Part shown: positions 10,895 through 20,742 of the stretch, one piece after another | Layout of the letters: each line of letters opens with the position of its first letter | How positions within the stretch are numbered: the first letter of the stretch is position 1 | Virus record (IMG/VR): IMGVR_UViG_2061766007_000856 | Strand: one strand, 5' to 3' | Source: an uncultured virus (IMG/VR IMGVR_UViG_2061766007_000856) | Taxonomy: Duplodnaviria > Heunggongvirae > Uroviricota > Caudoviricetes | DNA: 38,776 nucleotides | The notes under the pieces: generated by a model | Told to the model about the DNA's origin: nothing | What the model saw: the letters and a program-made list of their open reading frames with translations, nothing else | Databases searched by the model: none | Position numbers and translations under genes: made by a program

Positions 10895-11683
10895 TTAATT
10901 TTCTTCGACGCTCCACCCACCGGCGGTAGGCACGAAACTTCCGAAGTCATTGCCTTCATCTTCGCCTTCGTAGGCGCCTTCTTCTCCATCTTCCGGTGCC
11001 TGCTGCATGAAGAACATGTCGGACGGGTTGAAGTCAATCGGGTTTTCGCATTCTTCACCCAGCTTGCTGAAGTCCGGGAGCATTTCGCGGAAGGAGTCTG
11101 CAAGGAGGTCGCTGTATGACGTAAACCCGTCGGTATTCTTGATCCACTTTTTAAGGATTGCGAGGTCGCTTTCCTTCAGTTCGGCATCGAACGAGAAGCG
11201 GTTTTCCTTCTTCATGTTTGCCATGATTTCAGCTGCCGCTTCGGCAAGGTTGTTTTTGTGTTCGTCTTCTTCAAGCGCCTGGTCAAACTGTTCCTTGTTG
11301 AACTTGTTGTTGACATCGAAGAGAGTAATCTCATTGATAGTCTTCTTCCCTTCGAAGAGAGCTAGGAACTTGGGGTACTTGGGCAACTGTTCGATGCGAT
11401 AGTTTTTGCCATTGACTGGCGGGTCTACCTTCACCTTATAGTAGAATACCTTGGTGAACTCGGCAAGCTCATCGCATGCCCCCATCTTTCCACGGAGCAC
11501 ATCAAAGTCGTCATAGTCGGGCAAAGTGTTTTTGATTACTTCATCGTACGTCGGCATGTCAAGCGTATCGAATGTGAGACACTTCATGGTGACTTCGCCT
11601 TCTTTCGGCTTGCCGTTTTCGTCAATCAGCACTTCGACAACACGCTTGGTTGGTGTGACTGGTTGGGTATTTTCTTCTGCCAT
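10895..11683 (-). CDS. Hypothetical acidic protein (262 aa)
   Basis: ORF with GAGGA SD; phage-like codon usage; acidic C-terminus. Confidence 0.8.
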   Translation of the reverse strand: MAEENTQPVTPTKRVVEVLIDENGKPKEGEVTMKCLTFDTLDMPTYDEVIKNTLPDYDDFDVLRGKMGACDELAEFTKVFYYKVKVDPPVNGKNYRIEQLPKYPKFLALFEGKKTINEITLFDVNNKFNKEQFDQALEEDEHKNNLAEAAAEIMANMKKENRFSFDAELKESDLAILKKWIKNTDGFTSYSDLLADSFREMLPDFSKLGEECENPIDFNPSDMFFMQQAPEDGEEGAYEGEDEGNDFGSFVPTAGGWSVEEN

Positions 11684-11685
11684 AT

Positions 11686-11713
11686 AAAAATCCTCGGGTT
11701 ATTTCCGAGGATT
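11686..11713 (-). terminator. Hairpin/terminator after the 170-aa gene; its 3' arm contains the SD of the next gene
   Basis: Minus strand aatcctcgg-aaataac-ccgaggatt followed by TTT. Confidence 0.65.
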
Positions 11714-11735
11714 AAACTACATTAAAGGTGTCTGG

Positions 11736-12248
11736 TTAGTGACGGAATAGCCAATAATCTACACCGGAAACCGCCTTAAAGAGCTTGAGTGCGGTTTCGC
11801 AGTTGGCCGCAGCCGTCGCGATGAGGTTTTCCTTGACTATGTCTGCCGGAGTGCCATTCCCCATGCTTTGACATCCGTCTGCAGCCGAGTAGAGGGTGGT
11901 ATTGCATTGGCCTTGCTGGGCGCGATTGAAGATATCCATGACCTGGTTAGCGATAGGGGTGCCTTCCATCTGTGCACGGACTGCTTCAAGACATGCATTG
12001 AAGGATTTGAGGTCGATAGATTCTCCGGTTGCCGGGGCAGCGTTGCTCCCTCCGGAAGTAGCGTAGCTGGCGTCCGCAGCTGCGGCTGCTTCGTTGCCCG
12101 GTATGTCGCTGATTGCACTACCCATGGCAAAGCCATAGAAACCGGCTTTCTTCTTCTGTGGGCCGTTGCTTTCGATTGTGTGGGTGATTCCACCAGAGTT
12201 CTTTCCTGCATTGACTACGCTATTGACAAATGTGTCTTTTTTGGCCAT
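11736..12248 (-). CDS. Hypothetical protein (~170 aa), probable late/head protein
   Basis: ATG 12248 with GAGG SD; TATAAACT at 12268-12275; TGES/CLEA motifs. Confidence 0.75.
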   Translation of the reverse strand: MAKKDTFVNSVVNAGKNSGGITHTIESNGPQKKKAGFYGFAMGSAISDIPGNEAAAAADASYATSGGSNAAPATGESIDLKSFNACLEAVRAQMEGTPIANQVMDIFNRAQQGQCNTTLYSAADGCQSMGNGTPADIVKENLIATAAANCETALKLFKAVSGVDYWLFRH

Positions 12249-12267
12249 GATGTAACCTCTTGGAGAT

Positions 12268-12275
12268 AGTTTATA
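12268..12275 (-). promoter_or_regulatory. Putative late promoter TATAAACT
   Basis: AGTTTATA on + strand in the short divergent intergenic region. Confidence 0.6.
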
Positions 12276-12291
12276 GTTTGAGAGGAATACC

Positions 12292-13278
12292 ATGAAAGAT
12301 GTCTATACTGTTATAGGTGTGGCTAGGAAAGCCAGCGATGAGGAAATTCTTGCCGCATACAAGAAACGGGCGCGTGAATTGCATCCGGACCACGGGGGAA
12401 GCCCGGAACAGATGGCTGAGCTTAATGAAGCGTATGCCAAGATTAAGACGCCGGAGTTGCGCCGGAAATATGACGCCTCGCATTCGTTTTCGAGTACAAT
12501 GGCTACGTGGAGTGCCGCGATGGGAAAGTCAAGCGTAGCAAAAAATTTTGGAAATGCACCAATTTCGACAGATCCGCGCAAGATTGACGGCACTGATGCC
12601 CCGGTGAATGTGGAAATTTCCATGGAGGCTTTTGTAAAGGGCGCTCCTATCATGACGGTGCAGTACATGGTCGAGCATGAATGCCTTGAATGCTCGGGTA
12701 CAGGGGGTGACCATCTGGAAACATGCCCGAACTGCCACGGTGAACGTAATGTACGCACGGTAACGAATGAAGGCGACAAGGTCATCAGATGTCCGGTATG
12801 CTTTGGTACGGGCATGGTTCCGGTTGGACAATGTGTCGTATGTGGTGGAACCGGGGTTTCCGGCAAGCAGGTGAGCCATTCATTCCATTACAAGAAAGGT
12901 ACCGTCGATATGGTTGTCCCGGGAAAGGGGAACGGTGGCCGATACGGGGGAATGAATGGAAATCTTGTACTGGAATTCCACCCAAGGGCGACGAAACATT
13001 TGAGCTTTGATGGCGACAAGTTCATTTATTTCCATCAATTGCCGGTAGAAAGCTTCATTTTGGGAACATCGGTCGAAATAGACTATCCGGGTCCATTGAT
13101 GGTCAAGAAGATACCGGCTGGAAGTACGTACGGTTACAAGGAAACTGTCGAAAATTTCATGGGTCTGCCATATCCATGCGATTTTGTGTTTACCCCCGCC
13201 GACGAACCTGACCCGGATGCCATAAAGGGCAAGCTGGAAGAAATTTCAAAACTGCGAATGAATATAGTTTCCGACTAA
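12292..13278 (+). CDS. dnaJ: DnaJ (Hsp40) co-chaperone, class A-like
   Basis: N-terminal J-domain with HPD motif (ELHPDHGG); four zinc-finger repeats (CLECSGTG, CPNCHGER, CPVCFGTG, CVVCGGTG); C-terminal GKGNGG..GG.NGNL motif. Confidence 0.93.
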   Translation: MKDVYTVIGVARKASDEEILAAYKKRARELHPDHGGSPEQMAELNEAYAKIKTPELRRKYDASHSFSSTMATWSAAMGKSSVAKNFGNAPISTDPRKIDGTDAPVNVEISMEAFVKGAPIMTVQYMVEHECLECSGTGGDHLETCPNCHGERNVRTVTNEGDKVIRCPVCFGTGMVPVGQCVVCGGTGVSGKQVSHSFHYKKGTVDMVVPGKGNGGRYGGMNGNLVLEFHPRATKHLSFDGDKFIYFHQLPVESFILGTSVEIDYPGPLMVKKIPAGSTYGYKETVENFMGLPYPCDFVFTPADEPDPDAIKGKLEEISKLRMNIVSD

Positions 13279-13291
13279 GAGGTTTAAAAAT

Positions 13292-13654
13292 ATGAGCAAG
13301 AAAATCAGTCTCACGATTGCCGAAAGGTATGATATTGTCAAGTACGCCCACCAGATTCCGTCTACCATGGTGACATACTTTGCTTTTCCGGAATTCCTGG
13401 AAGTAATCCAGATTACCGATGAAGAAGCTAAGGAATTCGGCGTGAAAGTCGTTGATGGTGTTGTCGAATGCAACTGTCCTGACCGCAAGTTTGAATATGA
13501 TACGGACAGCTTCCCTAAGCCAATCATGGACACTATTGCCCAGTACGTCAAGGATGTGCAGGCAGAGATTGACGAAGAGAAGAAGAATACTCCGGACCAC
13601 AGTGCATCTCCGCTGTACGAAAAGATTGTTGCATCTCTTTCCAAGATTCTCTAA
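13292..13654 (+). CDS. Hypothetical protein (120 aa)
   Basis: GAGG SD; in operon after dnaJ; stop overlaps the next start (TAATG). Confidence 0.8.
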   Translation: MSKKISLTIAERYDIVKYAHQIPSTMVTYFAFPEFLEVIQITDEEAKEFGVKVVDGVVECNCPDRKFEYDTDSFPKPIMDTIAQYVKDVQAEIDEEKKNTPDHSASPLYEKIVASLSKIL

Positions 13655-14589
13655 TGGTTTCCGTACCCTGTCAGCTTGGCCTAAGCTCGTGCTTTTCGCA
13701 GTATAACGTCATGCTCTCCGATGAGGATGGAGAGGATGTTGTACAGCGTTTCAAGGATGAAATCGATGGCCTGATGGGCAGTCCGGAACTGTTTTACATC
13801 CCGGTGCCATTCTATGTGGCTACCGGAACGATAGGCAGCATCCATGCGGAATTCATGATTGTATTCCTGTATGCCGGCATACCGTTTATCCTTACCTCCC
13901 CATATTCCATTGATGGGGCTGGGCTGGGTGATGCCGAGGTTACCTATGATGGTGGGCGCCTGGTTGCCCGTATCTTTGGTGAAAACAACCGCCAGGTCTT
14001 TTCGCTTGGGTTCATTCCCGCCGGCGAGAATCCGCTGGAGTATGCAAAGACGTATCTCATGCATAATCCGCCCATTCCATCGCCGGATATTGACATGATG
14101 GTAGCCGAGGAACACTTGGTCAATGCTAAGGTGAATGAAAGAAAGGGTGTGATATCAAAGGATGGCGGAACCCGTCTCGAAATCTACGCGCTTGATACCG
14201 ACGAAAGCCGGATGATACGCGCCAACAAGGATTTTGGCGACGATCCGTACAAGGAGCGTGGGATACCTGCCGGGATGACCGAGGTGATTGCCTATGGCGG
14301 CATGCCCGATATCATCTCCTTTGGGAACATCTGTACTACCGATGGCTCCGTGTTTGAGGTATGGGCACCCAATGCCCCTGGATTGACTCAGGTTGCCAGG
14401 TCCATCTTCGATGATGAACTGCTTCCTGTCGATTCAATGACACTGGATACTGACGGGGTGGAGGAATGCTATGCCAAGTTCCATAAGAAACTAAGGGAAA
14501 TGGAAGACGAAATCGTCGATAAGGAAATTGAGGCGGAAAGTGATGAAGAAACACCGCCTACGATATCCGAAGATGAATATGAAGAATGA
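13654..14589 (+). CDS. Hypothetical acidic protein (311 aa)
   Basis: ORF translationally coupled to the upstream gene and followed by a terminator. Confidence 0.75.
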   Translation: MVSVPCQLGLSSCFSQYNVMLSDEDGEDVVQRFKDEIDGLMGSPELFYIPVPFYVATGTIGSIHAEFMIVFLYAGIPFILTSPYSIDGAGLGDAEVTYDGGRLVARIFGENNRQVFSLGFIPAGENPLEYAKTYLMHNPPIPSPDIDMMVAEEHLVNAKVNERKGVISKDGGTRLEIYALDTDESRMIRANKDFGDDPYKERGIPAGMTEVIAYGGMPDIISFGNICTTDGSVFEVWAPNAPGLTQVARSIFDDELLPVDSMTLDTDGVEECYAKFHKKLREMEDEIVDKEIEAESDEETPPTISEDEYEE

Positions 14590-14591
14590 TG

Positions 14592-14618
14592 AAATGCGCT
14601 CCACTGGGGCGCATTTTT
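14592..14618 (+). terminator. Intrinsic terminator
   Basis: aaatgcgctcc-act-ggggcgcattt followed by T tract. Confidence 0.75.
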
Positions 14619-14629
14619 GGTGAATATTT

Positions 14630-14638
14630 TATAAAACT
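14630..14638 (+). promoter_or_regulatory. Variant putative late promoter TATAAAACT
   Basis: One-base-insertion variant of TATAAACT, ~31 nt upstream of ATG 14670. Confidence 0.45.
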
Positions 14639-14669
14639 GTAGCTAAATTGACAATCTGGGAAACTGAAT

Positions 14670-17327
14670 ATGGCTAGTATTAACATGACTCCGAAAGCGG
14701 CGTTTGAAAACATCCAAAATCGTCTGTATGCCGCGATTAAAGAAGGCAAGGAAAAGGCTGGAATTTTTGAATCTATCATGGAAGCGACTGGTGGTTCTGG
14801 CTTCATTGATTTGGGTGAAGATGCCTTATTCGGTGATGGGGATGATGACCTTGATTCATTGCCTCCTGATGAATCCAATCCGGAACAGTCTGAGACTCCG
14901 GCACAGCCTGAAAATAATGGCGCCGCGAAGCCGATGATTGATTTGGGTGAGGAAGCCGTATTTGGCGGTGACGATGATTTGGGCGAAGAAAGTCCGATTG
15001 TTCTTACTGATGATAACCTGTTCAATCCCACTCCCGTGGATAGTGCCCCGAAACCGGCAGCAAAGAGGAGAGTACGTAAGACTGCGGCAGAACGTGAAGC
15101 GGAAGAACGCCAGCATCGTGAAAAACTGCGCCAGCTTGCCAAAGATACCACTTTTTCATCTGCTGAAATTAGGGAGGGCTGGCTTAAGCTATTTAGTATT
15201 GCCGATAAAAATAAGGAATACTTGAAGGATGCTGGACAGTTAGTTACCGAAGATGAAGTGCAGGTGCTATTCCTTACCGAATATAACAATTATTCTGGCC
15301 GTGAACATACCGACGCTTCCGACGCGGCAATTACTGCTATACCGGACATTTTCAAGAAAAAGCTGGATTTCATTGTTTCCAGCATAGATGAACGCCTTCA
15401 TGGCAGGGGCGACTTCATGCGTAACGGGTCTATTGTTCAGTACCTTATGCGTGCAGGTACCCTTGAGTCTGCCCACAGAACTATTAGATTAAGACGTTCA
15501 GCAGATTTGGGTATTAAAGACAAATCGATTGCCTCGGAGAAAACCGACATTCTTAATCAGTTCATTCTGAAGTCGGACCTTGACCAATGCATGGCTTGGC
15601 TAAGCCATCGGTTTAATGGCTATAATGTACCTCTTGGTGCTTTGGAACACATGGCGCTTGAAATCCTGGGAAATGGTGTTCATAAAGGCGACCTTGCTAC
15701 TAAACTGGGTGGAAAAACGGAAATTCCTCATACTTTTGATATTCCAAAGTATGGTACAATTTCTCAGTCTGGCGACAATGCGGTTGTCATGGGTCCACAA
15801 AAGTTTCTTGAAAATTTGAATAGACTTATTGCACCACTTTTGCCGAGTTCTGCCGTTAACGTTGCATACAGGGGTCTTAAAATCGAAGACTGTGACAACA
15901 TCGTGAGAGGCCGGCATCATGGCGGTGTCAAATGCATTAGGATGAATGCGGCTCAGTTCTTGCCAATTCTTAACCGATTGACTGCCGATTCAGAAGATGG
16001 TGCGAACGATGCGCCGATTATTCCGATCGCATTTAAGGTTGGTATGGTTGCCACTGATTCGATGACGGGCTCGGGCGATAAGAATGGAACAAGTGGAGCA
16101 GACGCTTTACTTTCTAATAAGTCAGATGATGGCACCGTTGAATTTTCTGCTGCATTTGGTGAACAGCGTGCGGCCAATGGATTGATGCGAGTGCTGCATT
16201 CAATGGCGGCTAGAGATATTGCCCGCATTGCCATTGCGGAAAAGGAGTTGTCTGATGCAGTAAGCCATCCGGGTGAAATTGGCGCATTGTCTGAATATTC
16301 ATCCAGTATATTGAAGTGGCTGTGCGATGTTGCTAAAATTCCATACACCACGACTTCAAAGAAAGGCATTACAATATTGAAGCCGGAATCCGACAAGTCT
16401 ATCGTTGCCCAGGCAGCCAAGTCTGTGGATTTGAGTAATGGAAAGCATGCTGTCGTGCAGGCTGCAATGCTTTTCAATAATTCCCTGCTTCATAGGTTCT
16501 CGGACAAGGATGACATGGGCGATATAAGTGATATCCCCTCGATGAGTGCCGAGGAAACTCGTAAGGCGGCTATGCCGATACTCCAGCTTGGTGACCTTGC
16601 TGAAATGTGCTATGATAATTTGTCCAAGAATTACGGCGGGACGAATGGTGAAGGTGCCGGCGCTACTGATATCCTGACAATTTTTGGTAAGGGATACATT
16701 GTGTACCGCATGGGTGCATTGTTTGACATTGATACCCGTAATATTCTTCCTCTCGTTACCGATATGCGTACATTCAATAGGCAGGTTGCTGCGGGCACCG
16801 GTTTGGAAAATGTACCGAATGTCAATATGCTCCTTTATCGGTTGACTGAGATGGGTGCAGCTGACGTGGTCAGCATGGCTAACCGCCTTACCGAAGTGGC
16901 TGATGAAATGGATCTTGGCAATGTAGCGGCCCTTAGTAATGAAGAAATTACGACACCCGGCTTCTATGTCAACAATTCCATGAAGTTCTCTGATTTGGAA
17001 CAGAGCGGCCTTCTTCAGGCTATAGCGCATGTTACCAATATGGAGCCGATGGAATGCGTATGCAGTGCTGCAGAAATACTTACCGGAATGGATAATGGTT
17101 CCATATCGAAGTATTACTCCGAACTGACAAGGGGTGTTGACAAGAATGCCATTGTCCAGGGTGCCCGGTACATCAAGAAACATGGCGGTGACTTGGTTGA
17201 CATCGCAATGACTGATTCTGGAAAGGAAGTGATTAAGAAGGCAGAGCCAAAACCGGCAGTTTCGACACCTCCCGCAGTTCCTACTACCAGGGTGGCTCCT
17301 AGACGCGTTGGCCGAGGCCGTTTCTAA
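14670..17327 (+). CDS. Large hypothetical protein (885 aa) with acidic repeated N-terminus and basic Pro/Arg tail; probable virion protein
   Basis: Long ORF; IFESIMEA motif; IDLGE-x-A-x-FG-DDDL repeats; directly upstream of the baseplate gene. Confidence 0.85.
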   Translation: MASINMTPKAAFENIQNRLYAAIKEGKEKAGIFESIMEATGGSGFIDLGEDALFGDGDDDLDSLPPDESNPEQSETPAQPENNGAAKPMIDLGEEAVFGGDDDLGEESPIVLTDDNLFNPTPVDSAPKPAAKRRVRKTAAEREAEERQHREKLRQLAKDTTFSSAEIREGWLKLFSIADKNKEYLKDAGQLVTEDEVQVLFLTEYNNYSGREHTDASDAAITAIPDIFKKKLDFIVSSIDERLHGRGDFMRNGSIVQYLMRAGTLESAHRTIRLRRSADLGIKDKSIASEKTDILNQFILKSDLDQCMAWLSHRFNGYNVPLGALEHMALEILGNGVHKGDLATKLGGKTEIPHTFDIPKYGTISQSGDNAVVMGPQKFLENLNRLIAPLLPSSAVNVAYRGLKIEDCDNIVRGRHHGGVKCIRMNAAQFLPILNRLTADSEDGANDAPIIPIAFKVGMVATDSMTGSGDKNGTSGADALLSNKSDDGTVEFSAAFGEQRAANGLMRVLHSMAARDIARIAIAEKELSDAVSHPGEIGALSEYSSSILKWLCDVAKIPYTTTSKKGITILKPESDKSIVAQAAKSVDLSNGKHAVVQAAMLFNNSLLHRFSDKDDMGDISDIPSMSAEETRKAAMPILQLGDLAEMCYDNLSKNYGGTNGEGAGATDILTIFGKGYIVYRMGALFDIDTRNILPLVTDMRTFNRQVAAGTGLENVPNVNMLLYRLTEMGAADVVSMANRLTEVADEMDLGNVAALSNEEITTPGFYVNNSMKFSDLEQSGLLQAIAHVTNMEPMECVCSAAEILTGMDNGSISKYYSELTRGVDKNAIVQGARYIKKHGGDLVDIAMTDSGKEVIKKAEPKPAVSTPPAVPTTRVAPRRVGRGRF

Positions 17328-17338
17328 GCGAGGGTTTC

Positions 17339-18589
17339 GTGAGTACCATTCAACCGACATATGATACCTATTTTGTGGTGGGGGACAATGGTGTCACGCA
17401 CAGTGACGCCACTGTGCTTCCTATTTCGGAAAATTCCTTTGCCGCATTCAAGTTTGCCATCTCCGGGTTGAGCGAATTCAACTATCCCGAAGTACTCCTT
17501 AAAGTAACGGTCAAGTCCTCCAATATACTTGGCAATGTCATCGGCATGCTTGGTGTATATGAAATTTCCGATTCCAACTGGATTGGTACCGATTCATATG
17601 ATAAGGTGGATGGAAAGGTGAGCGTCAGCCCCATTGCAATAAGCAAACCTGTCAGTTCTCTTGACTGGGCATGTGAAGGCGATGCAAAAAATCCGGAAAT
17701 AGCCTTTACCATTCCAGCATCCGTAGTCAAGCGGTGGAAGCGCAACCACCTGAGCCTGGTGTCCTTAGCCATTGCCAATTATGGTGATTTTGAACAGGGT
17801 GGCGTGGTTGAGCTGGATTCTGCTGAAACTGCATTGGATATTGAAGAAAGTGCGCAGCCTGCGGAGGAACCGTTTGATGTGATTGCTACTCCGAGCACCT
17901 TGATTCCGGGTGGACGGGCTTCCATCACTATAACTACGCCTGAACGCACGTTCGGTTCTGATATCGAGGATATCGTCGTTACGCTTGATGGCGAAAGTGT
18001 TCCGGTTATAGCCGGTGATGAGCATTCCGTGAAGGTGGTAGTTCCTGACATTCCTGGCAAGGTTGAAGGCATGGCGGAACTGCTGATAACGAATGGGGAT
18101 GGTGTTGCATTAAGCAATGTGACCCGTGTCTATTATGACGCAAGTTCAACCAAGCGGAACAAGGTGTTTACTGCGCCGGCCCGCCCGGATGACGATAATG
18201 AACGGCTGAGTAATTCTGCGGTCTACAATCGTGACCTCGGGTTCAACAATTTTGCCGAAATCACCGATGAAAACAGCTTGGTGCAGAATATTTACAACAT
18301 CCTCCTTACCAGGAAGGGTGAACGGCTGTTTAATTCCAATTTCGGGACGACTATCGAAGAACGTGTCTTTGGCATAATGAATGAGGATGATGAAACCAGC
18401 ATCCTTCAGGAATGCTTTGCGGCCATTCAGGAATATGAACCGCGAGTGTCTGTTGATTATGAGGAAAGCCGGGTTGACATCGACTATGACGGTAATACTA
18501 TCCGCGTAATTATCGCGGTCGTACTGCCTAGCGGGTCATCGGAATACATTGTTCTTCCATTCAAGACTAGAGGGAATATCGTCAAATGA
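17339..18589 (+). CDS. Baseplate wedge / sheath-initiator protein (GPW/gp25 family) with N-terminal beta-rich and IPT/TIG-like extensions
   Basis: C-terminal SLVQNIYNILLTRKGERLFNSNFGT...AIQEYEPRV is the gp25 signature; GTG start with GAGG SD. Confidence 0.85.
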   Translation: MSTIQPTYDTYFVVGDNGVTHSDATVLPISENSFAAFKFAISGLSEFNYPEVLLKVTVKSSNILGNVIGMLGVYEISDSNWIGTDSYDKVDGKVSVSPIAISKPVSSLDWACEGDAKNPEIAFTIPASVVKRWKRNHLSLVSLAIANYGDFEQGGVVELDSAETALDIEESAQPAEEPFDVIATPSTLIPGGRASITITTPERTFGSDIEDIVVTLDGESVPVIAGDEHSVKVVVPDIPGKVEGMAELLITNGDGVALSNVTRVYYDASSTKRNKVFTAPARPDDDNERLSNSAVYNRDLGFNNFAEITDENSLVQNIYNILLTRKGERLFNSNFGTTIEERVFGIMNEDDETSILQECFAAIQEYEPRVSVDYEESRVDIDYDGNTIRVIIAVVLPSGSSEYIVLPFKTRGNIVK

Positions 18590-19512
18590 TGCTTGGACAG
18601 CAAGTTGCCGCCAATACCCATCTGGTATACGTGGATAACTACAAGACCGACTGGAAGGAAGTCGGCTTGCGTCTTGGCATTTGCGACAAGGATGGTACGC
18701 CGAATTCGGGTACCTACATAATGGAATCCAATTATTACAATTCCAACGGGGTGACAATGCCTGCGATGCGACTTGATGGCAAGAGCGTCGAGATATTTGT
18801 CGTGGACGGCGTTGTTGAAGGTGTCAAGGATCCAATTTCCTTGGTTAATGCCCTGAATCATTTCCATGTCCCCACGATGGACTTTGGGACTTACAAGTTC
18901 TCTGGCAAGTTCAGTACGGCTCCAGGTAAGCCAAACATGGTATATGACAAGATGCGCCGTGGCATTACCTTCAATACGGACCGTATGAAGGACTTGCGCG
19001 GAATTCATGACCTGATGCGACGTATAGACTTTGACGACGGCAAGTTTATGGAGCCGTTGCTCAGCAGGTACATTTACACGGTGCAGAACATGCCAAGCAA
19101 AAAGCATCGTGGGATTCCGGTGATTGGATATTTTGACCTTGAAGAGTATCTGTCCATCATGCGTGACCCGAGGGTGGCGTTGTTCCATCCGGCTGGGGCG
19201 ACCAGCGCACTGATGTACATTGAGACCGCTCAGACACCCGGGAAGGTTGTCTTGAAGGACATTGCTGAAAACGGCTCGTGCATGCTGTCGCTGGAAGGCT
19301 TCAAGTCGGTGCTTGATGTCAAGAAGGTGAACTCGTTCCGACCGATTGTCCTGTTGACTATGGCGCCGTTTACCCTCCCGGATACGTCCAACTTCCCGTG
19401 GCATAAGGTGACTTACGGAAAATTCAAGGTGTTTTGCACGCCGATGATTGGAAAGATGGATTTATGGGAACGGACGCAGGGTGGGGTAAATTTGTTGTCC
19501 CCAATGAAATAA
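18586..19512 (+). CDS. Hypothetical protein (308 aa)
   Basis: ORF overlapping the gp25 stop (ATGA coupling). Confidence 0.8.
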   Translation: MMLGQQVAANTHLVYVDNYKTDWKEVGLRLGICDKDGTPNSGTYIMESNYYNSNGVTMPAMRLDGKSVEIFVVDGVVEGVKDPISLVNALNHFHVPTMDFGTYKFSGKFSTAPGKPNMVYDKMRRGITFNTDRMKDLRGIHDLMRRIDFDDGKFMEPLLSRYIYTVQNMPSKKHRGIPVIGYFDLEEYLSIMRDPRVALFHPAGATSALMYIETAQTPGKVVLKDIAENGSCMLSLEGFKSVLDVKKVNSFRPIVLLTMAPFTLPDTSNFPWHKVTYGKFKVFCTPMIGKMDLWERTQGGVNLLSPMK

Positions 19513-19610
19513 GTGTTGATATGTTGTTGATAGTGTGGATATTTTAGTTATTTAGTAGTTGACAGTTTGGTATCAAGTAGTTAAATTTCAGTTGAAAAGA
19601 GAGGTGTCTC

Positions 19611-20732
19611 ATGGCTAAGAAAGTAGCAAATGTAGCAGCGACGGGTGTACAGGTTGCCCCAAATTTCGGTTTCTTCCGCAAGTTGAAGACCGGGGATAAA
19701 TACCTGGACCATAACAAGAAACGTCCTGAATACGGTTTTATTAACAGCGGTTCCTATGCGTTTAACGCGGCTTTGTCCGGTGACGTATACCAGGGCTTCC
19801 ACATGAACAAGTTCTTCATGGCGGTTGGTTTCTTCGGAACCGGTAAGTCCTTGATTGCCAAGCTGAACTTTGCCCTCGAACTCATGAAGCAGGGCTATTA
19901 TATTTTCTGGTATGACACTGAAAATGAAACCACCGAAGAAATGCTCATCGAGAACTTCGGGTTCATTCCTGGACAGTTTGAAATTGTCCGTATGCATACG
20001 GTCGAAGAATTCCACCACAGTATGTCCATGCTCATCAGCCAGCTTGAAGAAGACAAGGGTGAAAAGTTTGAAAATGAACGTAAGTGCGCCATTGTGCTTG
20101 ACTCTGCAGGCGGTCTCTTTACGAACAAGGGTGTGGACGATGCCCAGAAGGGTGCCGATAGCGCTGACATGACCAAGGCCAAGAAGTTGAAGGCCTTCTT
20201 CACCGACATGACATTCCGTTGCGGCGAACTCGGTGTCCCGATGTACATTACAAACCACAAGTATTTGAAACCAACCAGCTACGGCAACCCGGAAGAAATT
20301 GCTGGTGGTGAAGGCGCCAAGTATTTTGCCCGTGTCATCTTTGACCTTACCGTTGGATTCGAAGTCGTTTCTGCAACTGACAAGACAAAACTCGGCCTTA
20401 TCCTGAACGTGAATATCAAGAAGAGCTGCTTTGTCCACGTCGGTACCAAGGTCAAGATGTACCTTGACTGGAAGACCGGATTGAATCCGTACTACGGTCT
20501 TCATGATATTGCCAAGGCGGCTGGACTCCTTGATGCTTATTCTGCCACAAAGTATCCGGATGTCACTCCTCCTGCTGGCCGTATCGGCAATGCCGGTGCA
20601 TGGGTCATCAAGGATCCGCGCAAGCCGCGTTCCGAATGGATTACCTGCTTGAACAAGGACCTCCACAAGGCTGAAACCATCGGTACCATCCTCGACCCGA
20701 TTAACGACTATGTCCATGAAACCTACAAGAAC
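19611..20732 (+). CDS. uvsX: UvsX/RecA-family recombinase; 3' end broken by an assembly gap, with C-terminal fragments at 38355-38776
   Basis: INSGSYAFNAALSG, Walker A GFFGTGKS, YDTE, Walker B IVLDSAGGL, DMTKAK, TNH, GGEG motifs; GAGG SD. Confidence 0.92.
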
Positions 20733-20742
20733 NNNNNNNNNN

